A stretch of 64,000 bases of DNA from Spirochaetia bacterium (GTDB lineage Bacteria; Spirochaetota; Spirochaetia; UBA9216), in assembly GCA_965140585.1 (NCBI GenBank), contig OZ223269.1, forward strand, positions 224,001 to 288,000. The letters are read 5' to 3'. Under the pieces are notes generated by a model, which worked only from the letters and a program-made list of their open reading frames with translations, was not told the DNA's origin and ran no database searches. The translations under genes were made by a program, and so were the position numbers. How positions within the stretch are numbered: position 1 is the first letter of the stretch; each line of letters opens with the position of its first letter. This document shows, piece after piece, positions 18,557 to 28,672 of this stretch.

Positions 18557-20414
18557 TTATCAACTCCTCGCTGAAAGCCGGTATAATTATTCTTACTTCT
18601 GTACCTTCACCATGTCGGCTGCTGAACTCAAGCCCGTAGCCCTTTCCGAAGAAGATTTCTATTCGTTCCTGAATATTCCGCAGTCCATAATTTTCTCTGT
18701 CAGCAAAAGTTCTTCTCTGTATGGATTTTCTAAGTTCTTCAAGCTTTTCTTCAGTCATACCATTTCCGCTGTCTTTCACCATAATCACGATGTTGCGGTC
18801 CACCTGCTGTACAGAAATCAGTATATGCCCCGGTTCGGATTTTTCTTTTATACCATGATAGACTGCGTTTTCAACAATAGGCTGCAGCAGCAGTTTCAGA
18901 ATTTTTCTGCTTCTAAGTTCAGGCGGAAGATTAATTATATACTCGAATTTATTGCTGTAGCGTATTTTTAAAATAGTCAGGTAATGCTCGATGCGTTCAA
19001 GTTCCTCTTCTATTGTAATAACCGCCATTCCCTTGCTTAGACTGCTCCGGAAGAATTTTGCAAGTGAAACAACCATACGTACAACACCGTCATTTTCGCC
19101 GCGTTTGGCAAGGTATTTTATCGCATCAAGGGTATTGTATAGAAAATGCGGATTTATCTGCGCCTGAAGAAGCTGGAGTTCAGTTTTTCGAATTTTTGCC
19201 TGGCTTGAGTATATCTGGGTCATCAGGTCGTCGAGTTTTTCTACCATTATATTAAAGCTTCTACCAAGCTGACCGATCTCATCATTACCCATTTCAGTCA
19301 TTCTGACCTGCAGATTTCCTCCCTCAGCCTTTTTCATAAGAGAACTCATCTGGTAGACCGGTTTAACTATCCCGGAGGATATTTTAACAGCTGCAAAACC
19401 TGCCAGGACACAGCTGATCAGGGGCAGGATAAGCAGAACCCACAGGATGTTGTCCTTATCTGATCTAAGCTCTTTTCGCGGAATTACTCCGACAACCTTC
19501 CATCCAGGGATTTTCAGCACCTGATACAAAACCAGATAATCATCGCTGTCAATAAAATAGGTCTCCTGCTCATCATCTGTTCCAATAAATCTTTCGGTTA
19601 CTATAAGCTCCTGAAAACTCCTTGGATTCAGGGATGGAAGGGCAGATAAATCAGGTTGTTCATCATACTTATCAGGTGACATTAGAATGTTGTTCCTATT
19701 GTCCAGCACCAGTATGTAGCCTGTCTTTCCGAAGGTTGTGTCTGTAATTCGTCTTATTACTTTCTTCTCGATTTCTGCAAGAATGATCCCCGTACGAAGT
19801 CCGGTCTGTCTGTCTATAAACGGGATTCCAAGTGAGAAGAATTCCATATTCCAGTTCGGAGTAGTCTTAACAGCTGCGGACTCTCTATAAGGGCCGGAAA
19901 CTGTCAGGAGGTTTGATTCAAATATTGTTCTGTACCAGGGAGAATCCCTCAGGTCATCATCATTAAATGTGTAGTAATTGGATTTAAATTTACTTTTATT
20001 CAGTCCAAGAACATAGATTCCGAATATTTCTTTCTTGTAGTCGGAAATGAAGTGAAGTTCTGAGCTCACATTAAAGTCTGTCAGATAGCGCTGTTCAAGG
20101 CTGTCAAAATTCTCCCTAAGCCCCTGCTGCAGCGGCATGATATCCTGAACATGATACATAAAGTAGATGGTATCGCTGAACAGATTTTCAAGCTCCTGCG
20201 AGATCCTGTCTATCATTTCGCTGCTGGAGTCGACCGCCATTCTATATACAATTCTTGACGACAGATTAAAGGAGAAAAGGCCGGTGATAAGCGTAGGTAT
20301 AAATGCAAGAAAGAGAAAGAATATAATCAGTTTAGTTTTCAGCGACCTGGAGAAAAAATATTTTATCTCCTGCCAGTAATCGGCTGCACGTGATGACGAA
20401 AATACTGCCACCAC
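18534..20414 (-). CDS. Sensor histidine kinase, Cache/HAMP/His_kinase (YesM-like); start uncertain
   Basis: Two TM; HAMP DEIGQL; LQAQINPHFLYNTL; LQPIVENAVYHG; D.G.G. Confidence 0.93.
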   Translation of the reverse strand: MVAVFSSSRAADYWQEIKYFFSRSLKTKLIIFFLFLAFIPTLITGLFSFNLSSRIVYRMAVDSSSEMIDRISQELENLFSDTIYFMYHVQDIMPLQQGLRENFDSLEQRYLTDFNVSSELHFISDYKKEIFGIYVLGLNKSKFKSNYYTFNDDDLRDSPWYRTIFESNLLTVSGPYRESAAVKTTPNWNMEFFSLGIPFIDRQTGLRTGIILAEIEKKVIRRITDTTFGKTGYILVLDNRNNILMSPDKYDEQPDLSALPSLNPRSFQELIVTERFIGTDDEQETYFIDSDDYLVLYQVLKIPGWKVVGVIPRKELRSDKDNILWVLLILPLISCVLAGFAAVKISSGIVKPVYQMSSLMKKAEGGNLQVRMTEMGNDEIGQLGRSFNIMVEKLDDLMTQIYSSQAKIRKTELQLLQAQINPHFLYNTLDAIKYLAKRGENDGVVRMVVSLAKFFRSSLSKGMAVITIEEELERIEHYLTILKIRYSNKFEYIINLPPELRSRKILKLLLQPIVENAVYHGIKEKSEPGHILISVQQVDRNIVIMVKDSGNGMTEEKLEELRKSIQRRTFADRENYGLRNIQERIEIFFGKGYGLEFSSRHGEGTEVRIIIPAFSEELINDQSNNS

Positions 20415-20423
20415 TGCAATTTA

Positions 20424-22187
20424 TCACATATTTGCGGAATCTGCTACCATAGCTCGATGCCAGTCAAGGAGTTCTCTCATTTGAACAGGATTGTCGCCTT
20501 TCATGTCTGTCATAACCCGGAACACCGGTTCAGTGCCAGATCCGCGCATCCATAAATAAGCAACGGGCTGGTCGATTCTGTCATTGAGCATAATCTTCAG
20601 CCCGCCGGTTTCTTCACCGCTGCGGTAATCTCTTCCGGTTCCGTTAACAGCCCTCGTCCCTTCATAGTTGATCTCATTCCAGCTGTATATCCCGAATCTA
20701 TTCTGAAGCCAATCTTTTTTTTCTTCGAATTCTTTGAGGAAAACGGCCTCATAATTCGATTTAAGTTCGGCATGAGATATATTACCGATATTCATTTTTG
20801 CTTCTGGTTCATAAGCGCTTGTTGTAGTATATGCCGGCAGACTTTTTACAGCCTCTGTGATGCTTTTATAACCGTCGAGACTAAGAAGCTTGATGATTGC
20901 AAATATTGTGTTCAGAGGGTCTCTGACTGTTGCGGGATGGGTTATATTCCCTCCGTTCGAACCTTCACCTAAAATCCGGACTTCATAGCCTTCAGCCCGC
21001 TTTTCTGCCGCCAGGTTAACCATGTTTGCTTCGCCGACTTCTGCCCTGAATACTTCTGCACTGTAATCAGCAGCTATTTCTTCGATACGCATTGATGTCG
21101 GTCCGTTTACGGCGACTGCGAGTTTTGCTGCAGGATTAAGACGCCTTGCAAAGGATAGTTCAGCCTTCACTGAAAGCGCGAAAACCTCCTGAGCTTCAAG
21201 AATCTCAGCCTTACCGCTGACATCAGAATAATAGACTATATTGCCCCTGTCTCCGTCATTGTCTGGTACATAGCCCATGATGAAGCGGCTGTCTTCAGCG
21301 TGTGCCTTTTCAAGTTCCTCTCTGCAGAGATTAAGTGATGAACCCTCCGGAACTATCCGATGAACGATATCACCGGGACTGTCATTCAGAAACTTTGAGC
21401 TTAAGCCGAAGGAACTAAAAAAAGCCCTGTCTATACTGACGCCTCTGGCTGAACCGTTAAGTTCAGCAATAATACCGATATTTCCAGTTGCTGATTTTAA
21501 TTTATTTATAATTTTATCACGTGCGGGGCCTGCAGGTTCTGATGTAATCACTTCAAGACTGAACTCGCTGTAGGCTGCTGCGGCTTTTAGTTTGTTTTCA
21601 TTTTCAGATTCAAATACAGCGTCAAGATCGGCTTTTGTAACGGTATTGATTAAACCGCAGATCTCTTTTAAGCGGGCGGGATCGGAAGTTGTTTTTCTTA
21701 TGGAGGCAATTAGCTCAGCTGAGCCGGTACCGCCGATAACAGCTCCATCTGAAAGCCCGAATTTAAATCCGTTATGACCTACAGGATTGTGACTGGCTGA
21801 TATGTAGGCAAATCCATCGATGGCTGGATCTGTTTTGGTCCAGGCCATATGCTCGGGTGCTGCAGTAATTCCGGAATAAAGAACCTTCAGCTGTTTTGCA
21901 AGAAATACTGCCGCGGTTACTCCGGCAATGGTCCTTCCGGTGGGTCTGGCATCAGTCCCGAGACTTACGGTTTTTCCGCCTTTTGATTTTATGAAATCGG
22001 CAAACTCTGATGCAATGAGAGCAACAGCTGCAGTATCTTCAGAGCTTATTTCAGCCGCAGATGATTCTTCATTTCCATCTGCGGCGAAAACCTTCCTGTA
22101 GCCTGAGGCGGAAAGAATAAAACTCTTAAAGGATTTTGTAAAACTGTCAAAATCCGGGTTACATTCTGTAATATTCAAATCAGCCAA
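20424..22187 (-). CDS. Phosphohexomutase (PGM/PMM family)
   Basis: SASHNP phosphoserine loop, PDNDGDR metal loop, R.SGTEP. Confidence 0.9.
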   Translation of the reverse strand: MADLNITECNPDFDSFTKSFKSFILSASGYRKVFAADGNEESSAAEISSEDTAAVALIASEFADFIKSKGGKTVSLGTDARPTGRTIAGVTAAVFLAKQLKVLYSGITAAPEHMAWTKTDPAIDGFAYISASHNPVGHNGFKFGLSDGAVIGGTGSAELIASIRKTTSDPARLKEICGLINTVTKADLDAVFESENENKLKAAAAYSEFSLEVITSEPAGPARDKIINKLKSATGNIGIIAELNGSARGVSIDRAFFSSFGLSSKFLNDSPGDIVHRIVPEGSSLNLCREELEKAHAEDSRFIMGYVPDNDGDRGNIVYYSDVSGKAEILEAQEVFALSVKAELSFARRLNPAAKLAVAVNGPTSMRIEEIAADYSAEVFRAEVGEANMVNLAAEKRAEGYEVRILGEGSNGGNITHPATVRDPLNTIFAIIKLLSLDGYKSITEAVKSLPAYTTTSAYEPEAKMNIGNISHAELKSNYEAVFLKEFEEKKDWLQNRFGIYSWNEINYEGTRAVNGTGRDYRSGEETGGLKIMLNDRIDQPVAYLWMRGSGTEPVFRVMTDMKGDNPVQMRELLDWHRAMVADSANM

Positions 22188-22191
22188 TAGT

Positions 22192-23415
22192 TCAGCCCAG
22201 CACCTTTGCTATTCTGTCCATGGCCTCGTTTACCTTGTCCAGCTCGTTAAATGCGCTGATTCTGATATAGCCTTCTCCGCATTTTCCGAAACCGCTGCCG
22301 GGAGTTGTAACTATTTCCGCTTTATTAAGAAGGAGATCGAAGAAGTCCCATGAATCCATACCGCATTCAATCCAGATATATGGAGAGTTATCTCCTCCGA
22401 AGCATGTATAGCCAAGTTCGGTCATCTTGTTTCTGATTATACCGGCATTCACAAGATAATAATCGGTTAGTGCTTTTACCTGTGCGCTTCCCTCCGGTGA
22501 GAATACAGCCTCTGCCGCCTTCTGAACAGGGTAGGATACACCGTTGAATTTTGTTGAATGCCTTCTGTTCCAAATCTGGTGAAGTGAAGCCTTTTCGCCT
22601 GCTGCTGTGTAGGCAGTACATTCTTCAGGAATGACAGTATATGCACACCTTGTTCCTGTAAAACCTGCTGTTTTTGAAAAGCTTCTGAACTCAATTGCGA
22701 CTTCTCTTGCCCCTTCAATCTCAAAAATGCTCTGGGGGATAGATTCGTCTCTTATAAATGAAACATAGGCCGCATCAAAAAGAATAAGTGCTTGGTTCTT
22801 TCTTGCATAATCGACCCAGGCTACGAGCTGTTCCTTTGTTGCGGAAGCACCGGTCGGGTTGTTAGGAAAGCAGAGGTAAATGAGATCTGCCTTTTCTTTC
22901 GGGGGCTCGGGTACAAAACCGTTTTCCTTTGTTGATTCAAGGTAGACAAGACCATCATATCTTCCGTTGTTCCACACACCTGTTCGTCCTGCCATTACGT
23001 TTGTATCAACATAAACAGGGTAGACGGGGTCCGGTACAGCCACGATGCTGTCGTTTGAGAATATTTCCTGAATGTTACCTGTGTCGCACTTTGAACCGTC
23101 ACTGATAAAAATCTCATTTGCTTTAACACCCGTACCTCTGGGACCGAAGTCAAACTCGGCAATTTTCTCTCTTAGAAAAGCGTAACCCTGTTCGGGACCA
23201 TAGCCCTTGAAGGTTGAAGTTTCAGCCATTTCATCAACGGCGGAGTGAAATGCACTTAAACAGGCTTCGGGGAGCGGTCTTGTAACATCACCTATTCCAA
23301 GTTTGATTATTTTATTATCAGGATTGGCTTCCTGGTATGAGCTTATTCTTCTTGCAATATCGGTGAAAAGATATGAAGCTTTCAGCTTTGCATAGTTTTC
23401 ATTGACTTTGATCAT
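22192..23415 (-). CDS. dapL: LL-diaminopimelate aminotransferase
   Basis: [47 protein letters not shown]. Confidence 0.95.
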   Translation of the reverse strand: MIKVNENYAKLKASYLFTDIARRISSYQEANPDNKIIKLGIGDVTRPLPEACLSAFHSAVDEMAETSTFKGYGPEQGYAFLREKIAEFDFGPRGTGVKANEIFISDGSKCDTGNIQEIFSNDSIVAVPDPVYPVYVDTNVMAGRTGVWNNGRYDGLVYLESTKENGFVPEPPKEKADLIYLCFPNNPTGASATKEQLVAWVDYARKNQALILFDAAYVSFIRDESIPQSIFEIEGAREVAIEFRSFSKTAGFTGTRCAYTVIPEECTAYTAAGEKASLHQIWNRRHSTKFNGVSYPVQKAAEAVFSPEGSAQVKALTDYYLVNAGIIRNKMTELGYTCFGGDNSPYIWIECGMDSWDFFDLLLNKAEIVTTPGSGFGKCGEGYIRISAFNELDKVNEAMDRIAKVLG

Positions 23416-23535
23416 TTAACTGTCCTCTGTGTAAGTTTTTAGTGACTGAATTATAAACAAAAAAAACTGTTGAGTAAATCGGGCGGAATGCTCCTGACAG
23501 CTTTCAAGCCGCCGTTTACCCGGGTATAATGTCTC

Positions 23536-23988
23536 ATGAATATTGACATTATATATCTGGTAACAGCCGCAGCCGTGGCTGTTCTTCTTTTTCTGACAGG
23601 GCTTCGGCTTGGAATTCTGTTCGGTCGGAAGAGGGAGGAGCGCAGCTGGAAAGATTATAAACTTGAACCTATTGTGAAAGACAGGCTTAACCGGTCGAGG
23701 GCTGTCATAGGAGGCCAGTTTGCAGAGCAGCTTGCTCCCTTCCTTCCTGAGTTTCCATTTAATCCGAACGAGTGCAGGTTTATAGGCAAGCCTGTCGATT
23801 TTCTGGTCTTTAAGGGAATGGATGAGGGTGATTTGTCTGAAATTGTATTTGTAGAAGTTAAGAGCGGAAAGGCTAAGAATCTTTCCCGTGTAGAGCGGCA
23901 GCTCCGGGACGTAGTCTCTTCCGGCCGTGTCACATGGGTTAAATATAATGTGCCGGAAAAAATTACGGCAGGGAGGGGATATGAGTGA
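23536..23988 (+). CDS. Membrane-anchored Holliday-junction-resolvase-like PD-(D/E)XK nuclease (Endonuc_Holl type)
   Basis: N-terminal TM; SRAV..GQ..EQLAP, RFIG.PVDF.VF.G, FVEVKSG; TTTCAA-17-TATAAT ends 5 nt before the ATG. Confidence 0.85.
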   Translation: MNIDIIYLVTAAAVAVLLFLTGLRLGILFGRKREERSWKDYKLEPIVKDRLNRSRAVIGGQFAEQLAPFLPEFPFNPNECRFIGKPVDFLVFKGMDEGDLSEIVFVEVKSGKAKNLSRVERQLRDVVSSGRVTWVKYNVPEKITAGRGYE

Positions 23989-24487
23989 GATATTTGATAT
24001 AGTTGATGATGAAGATAAGGTTATAGGGGCTGCAGCCCGCAGCGAGGTTCACGGGAACCCCGAATTGAAACACCGTGTAGTACATGTTCTGGTTTTTAAC
24101 AGCAAAGGAGAACTTTTTCTGCAGAAAAGGGCTGACGATAAGGATATCCAGCCGGGAAAGTGGGATACATCTGTAGGAGGGCATCTTGACCAGGGAGAGA
24201 CATATATGGACGCGGCGCTGAGGGAGACTTCCGAGGAACTGGGAATTATAACAGCTGAAGAAGACTCGTTTTATTTTTTGTATAAATATATGCACAGCAA
24301 CAGCTATGAGACTGAATTTGTAACTACCTACCGCCTGAGCTACGACGGTGAAATAAATCTGCAGCGTTCAGAAATCTCTGACGGCAGATTCTGGTCTTTT
24401 AAGGAGATAGAAACTTCGGATAAGAGCTTATTTACACCGAATTTTCTGGATGAAATCGGAAGATATTTAAAAAAATCTTCTGAATGA
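23981..24487 (+). CDS. Nudix hydrolase (IDI type 1/YfcD-like)
   Basis: Start moved to MSEIFDIVD (GGAGG RBS); HRVVH, LQKR...K...PG.WD.SVGGH, AALRE..EELG. Confidence 0.9.
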   Translation: MSEIFDIVDDEDKVIGAAARSEVHGNPELKHRVVHVLVFNSKGELFLQKRADDKDIQPGKWDTSVGGHLDQGETYMDAALRETSEELGIITAEEDSFYFLYKYMHSNSYETEFVTTYRLSYDGEINLQRSEISDGRFWSFKEIETSDKSLFTPNFLDEIGRYLKKSSE

Positions 24488-24531
24488 AAAATCTGATCGA
24501 CGTAAAGGCAATTCTATATTATAAACTATAT

Positions 24532-25011
24532 ATGGATGCTTCGATCATCAATCCGTTTCTGAGTGCAACCATTAATCTCTTTTATGAAATGTTTCTGATA
24601 GAACCCACATATGGAAAGCCGTTTCTCGCAAATTCGACAGGTAACCACAGGTGGGAAATTTCGGGAGTAATCGGTATAGTCGGAAGTCATGAAGGGATTG
24701 TCGTATTAAGAGTAACCCAGCTGATGGCTGAGAAACTGCTGAGTCAGTCAGGGCTTCAAATTACTGATCCTGATGAGATTCCTCAGCTGCGGAATGAGAT
24801 GATCGGTGAATTTGTAAATATCATATCGGGAAATGCCCTTGGAGCTCTTAAGGGGCGTGAGGTGGCTCTTACACCGCCTTTTACTGCTCAGGGAGTTAAT
24901 CACAGTATCTCATGGCCCAGCAAAACTCCCATAATCGGAGTCCCTTTTTCAACTAAATACGGACCGTTTGAAGTTCAGGTAAGTATAACACAAAGCAAGG
25001 AGAATAAATGA
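24532..25011 (+). CDS. cheX: CheX-family chemotaxis phosphatase
   Basis: MDA.IINPF, ISGVIGIVG..EG, IGEFVNIISGNA (ExxN). Confidence 0.85.
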   Translation: MDASIINPFLSATINLFYEMFLIEPTYGKPFLANSTGNHRWEISGVIGIVGSHEGIVVLRVTQLMAEKLLSQSGLQITDPDEIPQLRNEMIGEFVNIISGNALGALKGREVALTPPFTAQGVNHSISWPSKTPIIGVPFSTKYGPFEVQVSITQSKENK

Positions 25012-25484
25012 ATTCTGAGATTTCCGGAATTATTGATGAAAGAGTGAAGGGGATATTTGCCATGCTGTTTAAAACTGAACTTCAGTCCGGATCCCCGTAT
25101 ATACTGGAAGTCCCGGACAGAAGAAACTGGGGTGTAACCAGCGTCGTAGGTGTAACCGGAGATTGCTACGGCATCATGGCTATAAGGGTGGAAGACTCAT
25201 TTGCTTCTTTTCTGCTTGAACGTTCAAGATTTCTGAATACTGAAGGGGCTGGAAGAGGGAAAATGATAAATGATATGATAGGTGAGATTATAAATATTAT
25301 TTCCGGAAATGTTTTATCAGTTGCAGCAAAAAGTGATTTCAATCTTTCGATACCTGTTACAATTCAGGGTGAACATCATAGTATTTCATGGCCGAAGAAA
25401 TCTGTGATTTCTGCGATACCATTTACTGACGGAGTTCATCGGCTTGAAATTCAATACAGTTTACAGTGTGAAAAACTTTCTTGA
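25008..25484 (+). CDS. cheX: CheX-family protein, second paralog
   Basis: VVGVTGD..G, IGEIINIISGN, SIP.TI.G; 4-bp overlap with the first copy. Confidence 0.8.
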   Translation: MNSEISGIIDERVKGIFAMLFKTELQSGSPYILEVPDRRNWGVTSVVGVTGDCYGIMAIRVEDSFASFLLERSRFLNTEGAGRGKMINDMIGEIINIISGNVLSVAAKSDFNLSIPVTIQGEHHSISWPKKSVISAIPFTDGVHRLEIQYSLQCEKLS

Positions 25485-25505
25485 TATTGTATACTGAGGC
25501 ACATA

Positions 25506-27149
25506 ATGGAAGATATAATTGTAACCGGACACAGAAATCCTGATATGGATTCTGTATGCGCGGCATATGCATACGCTGAATTTAAAAACAGAACTGATCC
25601 TGTCAATCAGTACATACCCGTCAGATGCGGAAACCTCAATCGACAGACTAAAACTGCTTTTGAACTTGCCGGCGCAGAGCCTCCGTCATTTATGAAGGAT
25701 GCAGCACCGAAGGTTTCTGATGTAACCAGACGGGATATAGAAAGTCTTGATATAAACCAGCCTGTTTTCAGCGCTATCAAGGTTCTAGATGAAGAAAATC
25801 TGAGCTGTATTCCCGTTTTTGAGGAAGGTACGATTTTCAGAGGCATAGTCACTATCCATCAGATAAGCGGCTTTCTTATTTCAGAGAATCTTGGAACCCG
25901 GCCTGTTTACAGATTCAGAATCAACAATTTTCAGGATGTTCTGCCGGGATATTTTTTCCTGCGCGGGCCGGATAAAGAGTTTACAGCCCCTATAATGACT
26001 GGAGCCATGCCTGTTGAGGTAAGCAGAAGCCGAATAGAGGATATTAAACCCTATAAACCGCTGCTGGTTGTGGGACTGCGTACAGATCTCATAGACTTCG
26101 CGGTCGAAAACGATTTTCCGGCTATTATTCTTACAGGTGTAAGTGATGATTCAAGAGTAGGAGATCGTCTAAAGAACTACAGGGGGACGGTTTTTATCTC
26201 AAAGACTGATACTGCTGAAACAATCCGGCTTTTAAGGCTCAGTGCACCTGTTAAAGAGATTATGAATGCAGAGCCGGAGATAGTAAAATCTGATGCTGAC
26301 TTCGATTCGGCAAAACAGCTTCTGGTTAACTCAAGATACCGCGGTCTTCCTGTGTTTCAGGATGAGCAGTTTGCAGGTATTGTTACAAGGCGATGTTTTA
26401 TTGAAAAGCCGTTGAAAAAGATAATAATGGTCGATCACAATGAAATATCCCAGAGTATTCCTGGGTCGGAGCAGGCTGAGATTATTGAAATAGTTGATCA
26501 TCACAGACTTTCTCCGCAGCCTACAAAAAAACCGATTTATATCAATGTAAGGCCTGTCGGCAGTACCTGTACAATTATTTTCAGTCATTTTATATCACAT
26601 AACCTTGAACTCAGTCCACAGACCGCTATGCTGATGCTGTCCGGAATACTGTCAGACACTATAATTTTAAAATCTCCAACAACTACCACAGAAGATCGTC
26701 ATGCCGCTGAAAAGCTCGCTGAAATATGTGAAGTCAGTCTGGAGGAGCATGGAAAAGCCCTGTTTGAGAAGAGCGCAGTTCTGGGCGCCTCACCTGTAAA
26801 TGAACTGGTTGGTGCTGATTTCAAGGAATACAATGAAGGCGGGATAGCTTTCGGAATCGGTCAGGCCGAGGTTATAAGTCTTAACGGTATCGATGAATTG
26901 AAGAACAACATTATCAGCGAGCTTGAAAAGATAAAGAAAACCAAGAAGCTGAAGTGGGCCATGCTGCTTATTACCGATGTGATTAAAGAAAATTCAATAC
27001 TATTATCAACTCCGTTCAAAGCCGCTGAGGAAGAGCTTATTTACAGCAAAATTGATGATGATATATTTGATCTGCCCGGTATTCTTTCAAGAAAGAAACA
27101 GCTGCTTCCGGAACTTCTGCGCGTATGTGAGGAAATAGGCAGGAGTTAA
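25506..27149 (+). CDS. ppaC: Family II Mn-dependent inorganic pyrophosphatase with CBS/DRTGG insert
   Basis: GH.NPD.DS, VDHNE, DHH, ILSDT...KSPT, SRKKQ. Confidence 0.92.
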   Translation: MEDIIVTGHRNPDMDSVCAAYAYAEFKNRTDPVNQYIPVRCGNLNRQTKTAFELAGAEPPSFMKDAAPKVSDVTRRDIESLDINQPVFSAIKVLDEENLSCIPVFEEGTIFRGIVTIHQISGFLISENLGTRPVYRFRINNFQDVLPGYFFLRGPDKEFTAPIMTGAMPVEVSRSRIEDIKPYKPLLVVGLRTDLIDFAVENDFPAIILTGVSDDSRVGDRLKNYRGTVFISKTDTAETIRLLRLSAPVKEIMNAEPEIVKSDADFDSAKQLLVNSRYRGLPVFQDEQFAGIVTRRCFIEKPLKKIIMVDHNEISQSIPGSEQAEIIEIVDHHRLSPQPTKKPIYINVRPVGSTCTIIFSHFISHNLELSPQTAMLMLSGILSDTIILKSPTTTTEDRHAAEKLAEICEVSLEEHGKALFEKSAVLGASPVNELVGADFKEYNEGGIAFGIGQAEVISLNGIDELKNNIISELEKIKKTKKLKWAMLLITDVIKENSILLSTPFKAAEEELIYSKIDDDIFDLPGILSRKKQLLPELLRVCEEIGRS

Positions 27150-27808
27150 GCAGTCAACAGGCTGAGAAAGAAAGCTTTCATTTCATCCGGATGATAAAAA
27201 AGTGCATCCGGGTTCAGTTCCGAAAGCACCGCGGCATCAGTTGTCCCCCAGCTGACAAGCCCACTTTTCATACCTGCAGCTTTTGCCGCCCTGTAATCAG
27301 TATAAGTGTCGCCGATATACCAGCAGTCTTCCGGCAGGGCTGCAAGCCCGGCAGCAGCCTGGAGCAGGCCGTCGGGGGCCGGTTTGTGAGCTTTAATATT
27401 TTCTTCTCCAAGCATAATCTCCAGATCATAGGCATATTTTAGGTGTGCTGCTGCTTTTCTGATGAAGATCCCCTGGTTGTTTGACACCATTCCCATTGAA
27501 TAGCCTGAAGCTGCAAGGGCATCCAGGGCTTGCTGAACTCCTTCATAAACCTGTAAGTAGGCCAGTCCTCCGGTATGCATACAGGTATAAAACTCGGCAG
27601 CCATGGTATGCATTTGGTTTAAATCTGCGGTACCGGAATGAAAACCGAAACGTTCATGTGTAACATAACCCATTCCCTCAGAGATCAGTTCAGATGATGC
27701 AGCTGAATAACCGTTTTTCTTGAGAACGCTGTTTGTACATATTTCAACAGCCCTAATTGAATCTACAAGAGTTCCGTCGTGATCGAATATTAATGCCGAT
27801 TTTCTCAT
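27146..27808 (-). CDS. HAD hydrolase (phosphoglycolate phosphatase-like)
   Basis: FDHDGTLVDS, VSN, KP.P, IGD...D. Confidence 0.9.
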   Translation of the reverse strand: MRKSALIFDHDGTLVDSIRAVEICTNSVLKKNGYSAASSELISEGMGYVTHERFGFHSGTADLNQMHTMAAEFYTCMHTGGLAYLQVYEGVQQALDALAASGYSMGMVSNNQGIFIRKAAAHLKYAYDLEIMLGEENIKAHKPAPDGLLQAAAGLAALPEDCWYIGDTYTDYRAAKAAGMKSGLVSWGTTDAAVLSELNPDALFYHPDEMKAFFLSLLTA

Positions 27809-27845
27809 ATTTATTTATAGCAGTTTATCTGAATAAAAAAAACTT

Positions 27846-28670
27846 CTATCGGTTAGACAGGGACTGAGAAAAAAGCCATTCAAGGACTGCTTCATTTTTA
27901 AACGGAGTATCGGGATCGTGACCCATCAGGGGATAATCGCTGAGCTTCATTATTTCTGTATTGTTGAAAGTAATTGTTCTTGTTCTGTAGGGTTGTTTGC
28001 CTGCCAGACCGAATTTAAGGCTTTCATAAGAATCTTCGTATTCGGGTAAATCCTTTATAAAATCAAATGCATTCCGTGCCGTTATAACCCTATGCTTGTC
28101 ATCCCTCCATCCTATATGATACCAGACCGAAGTTTTAGCAGCCAATGGCGGGGAAAGTTCATAGCCTGTATTTCCTGCAAGACGTACAATAGCAGCAAAC
28201 AACTGTCCATACTCTTTATAGTAAGCTTCGGCGAAAAGATATGACCCCGAGCCTCCCATGGAAAACCCAATAAGAAAAATACGGTTTTCATCAATGCGGT
28301 ATTGCTTTTTAAGTTCCTCTATCTGAGTTCTAACCCATGAAGCCTCATCTCCCCAACCCTGAGGATTGTTCGGCGCCATATAAAAACAAGGGTACTCTTT
28401 CATCTGCTTTTCATTATTGACTATTATTGGAGTATAGTAGACGTCTGTTCTTCCGGTTGCTCCATGCAGTGCGACTATCAGAGGATAGCTTCGTTTTGAA
28501 TTTTCAGGAAGATCATAATTCCAGGGTTTTTGCAGTTCATAATTGTACATGGAATTCTTCTCCATTGAAGGTTTATTTTCATTCTGAAATGTTTCGGCAT
28601 ATATCAGGAGCGGACAGCATATAAAAATGATTAAGAATATCAAAAGTATATAAAATAATTTAACTTTCAT
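27846..28670 (-). CDS. Exported alpha/beta hydrolase (esterase/peptidase-like)
   Basis: Hydrophobic N-terminus; YPLIVALHG, ID.NRI...GFSMGG, GH, WLFSQ. Confidence 0.85.
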   Translation of the reverse strand: MKVKLFYILLIFLIIFICCPLLIYAETFQNENKPSMEKNSMYNYELQKPWNYDLPENSKRSYPLIVALHGATGRTDVYYTPIIVNNEKQMKEYPCFYMAPNNPQGWGDEASWVRTQIEELKKQYRIDENRIFLIGFSMGGSGSYLFAEAYYKEYGQLFAAIVRLAGNTGYELSPPLAAKTSVWYHIGWRDDKHRVITARNAFDFIKDLPEYEDSYESLKFGLAGKQPYRTRTITFNNTEIMKLSDYPLMGHDPDTPFKNEAVLEWLFSQSLSNR

Positions 28671-28672
28671 AA

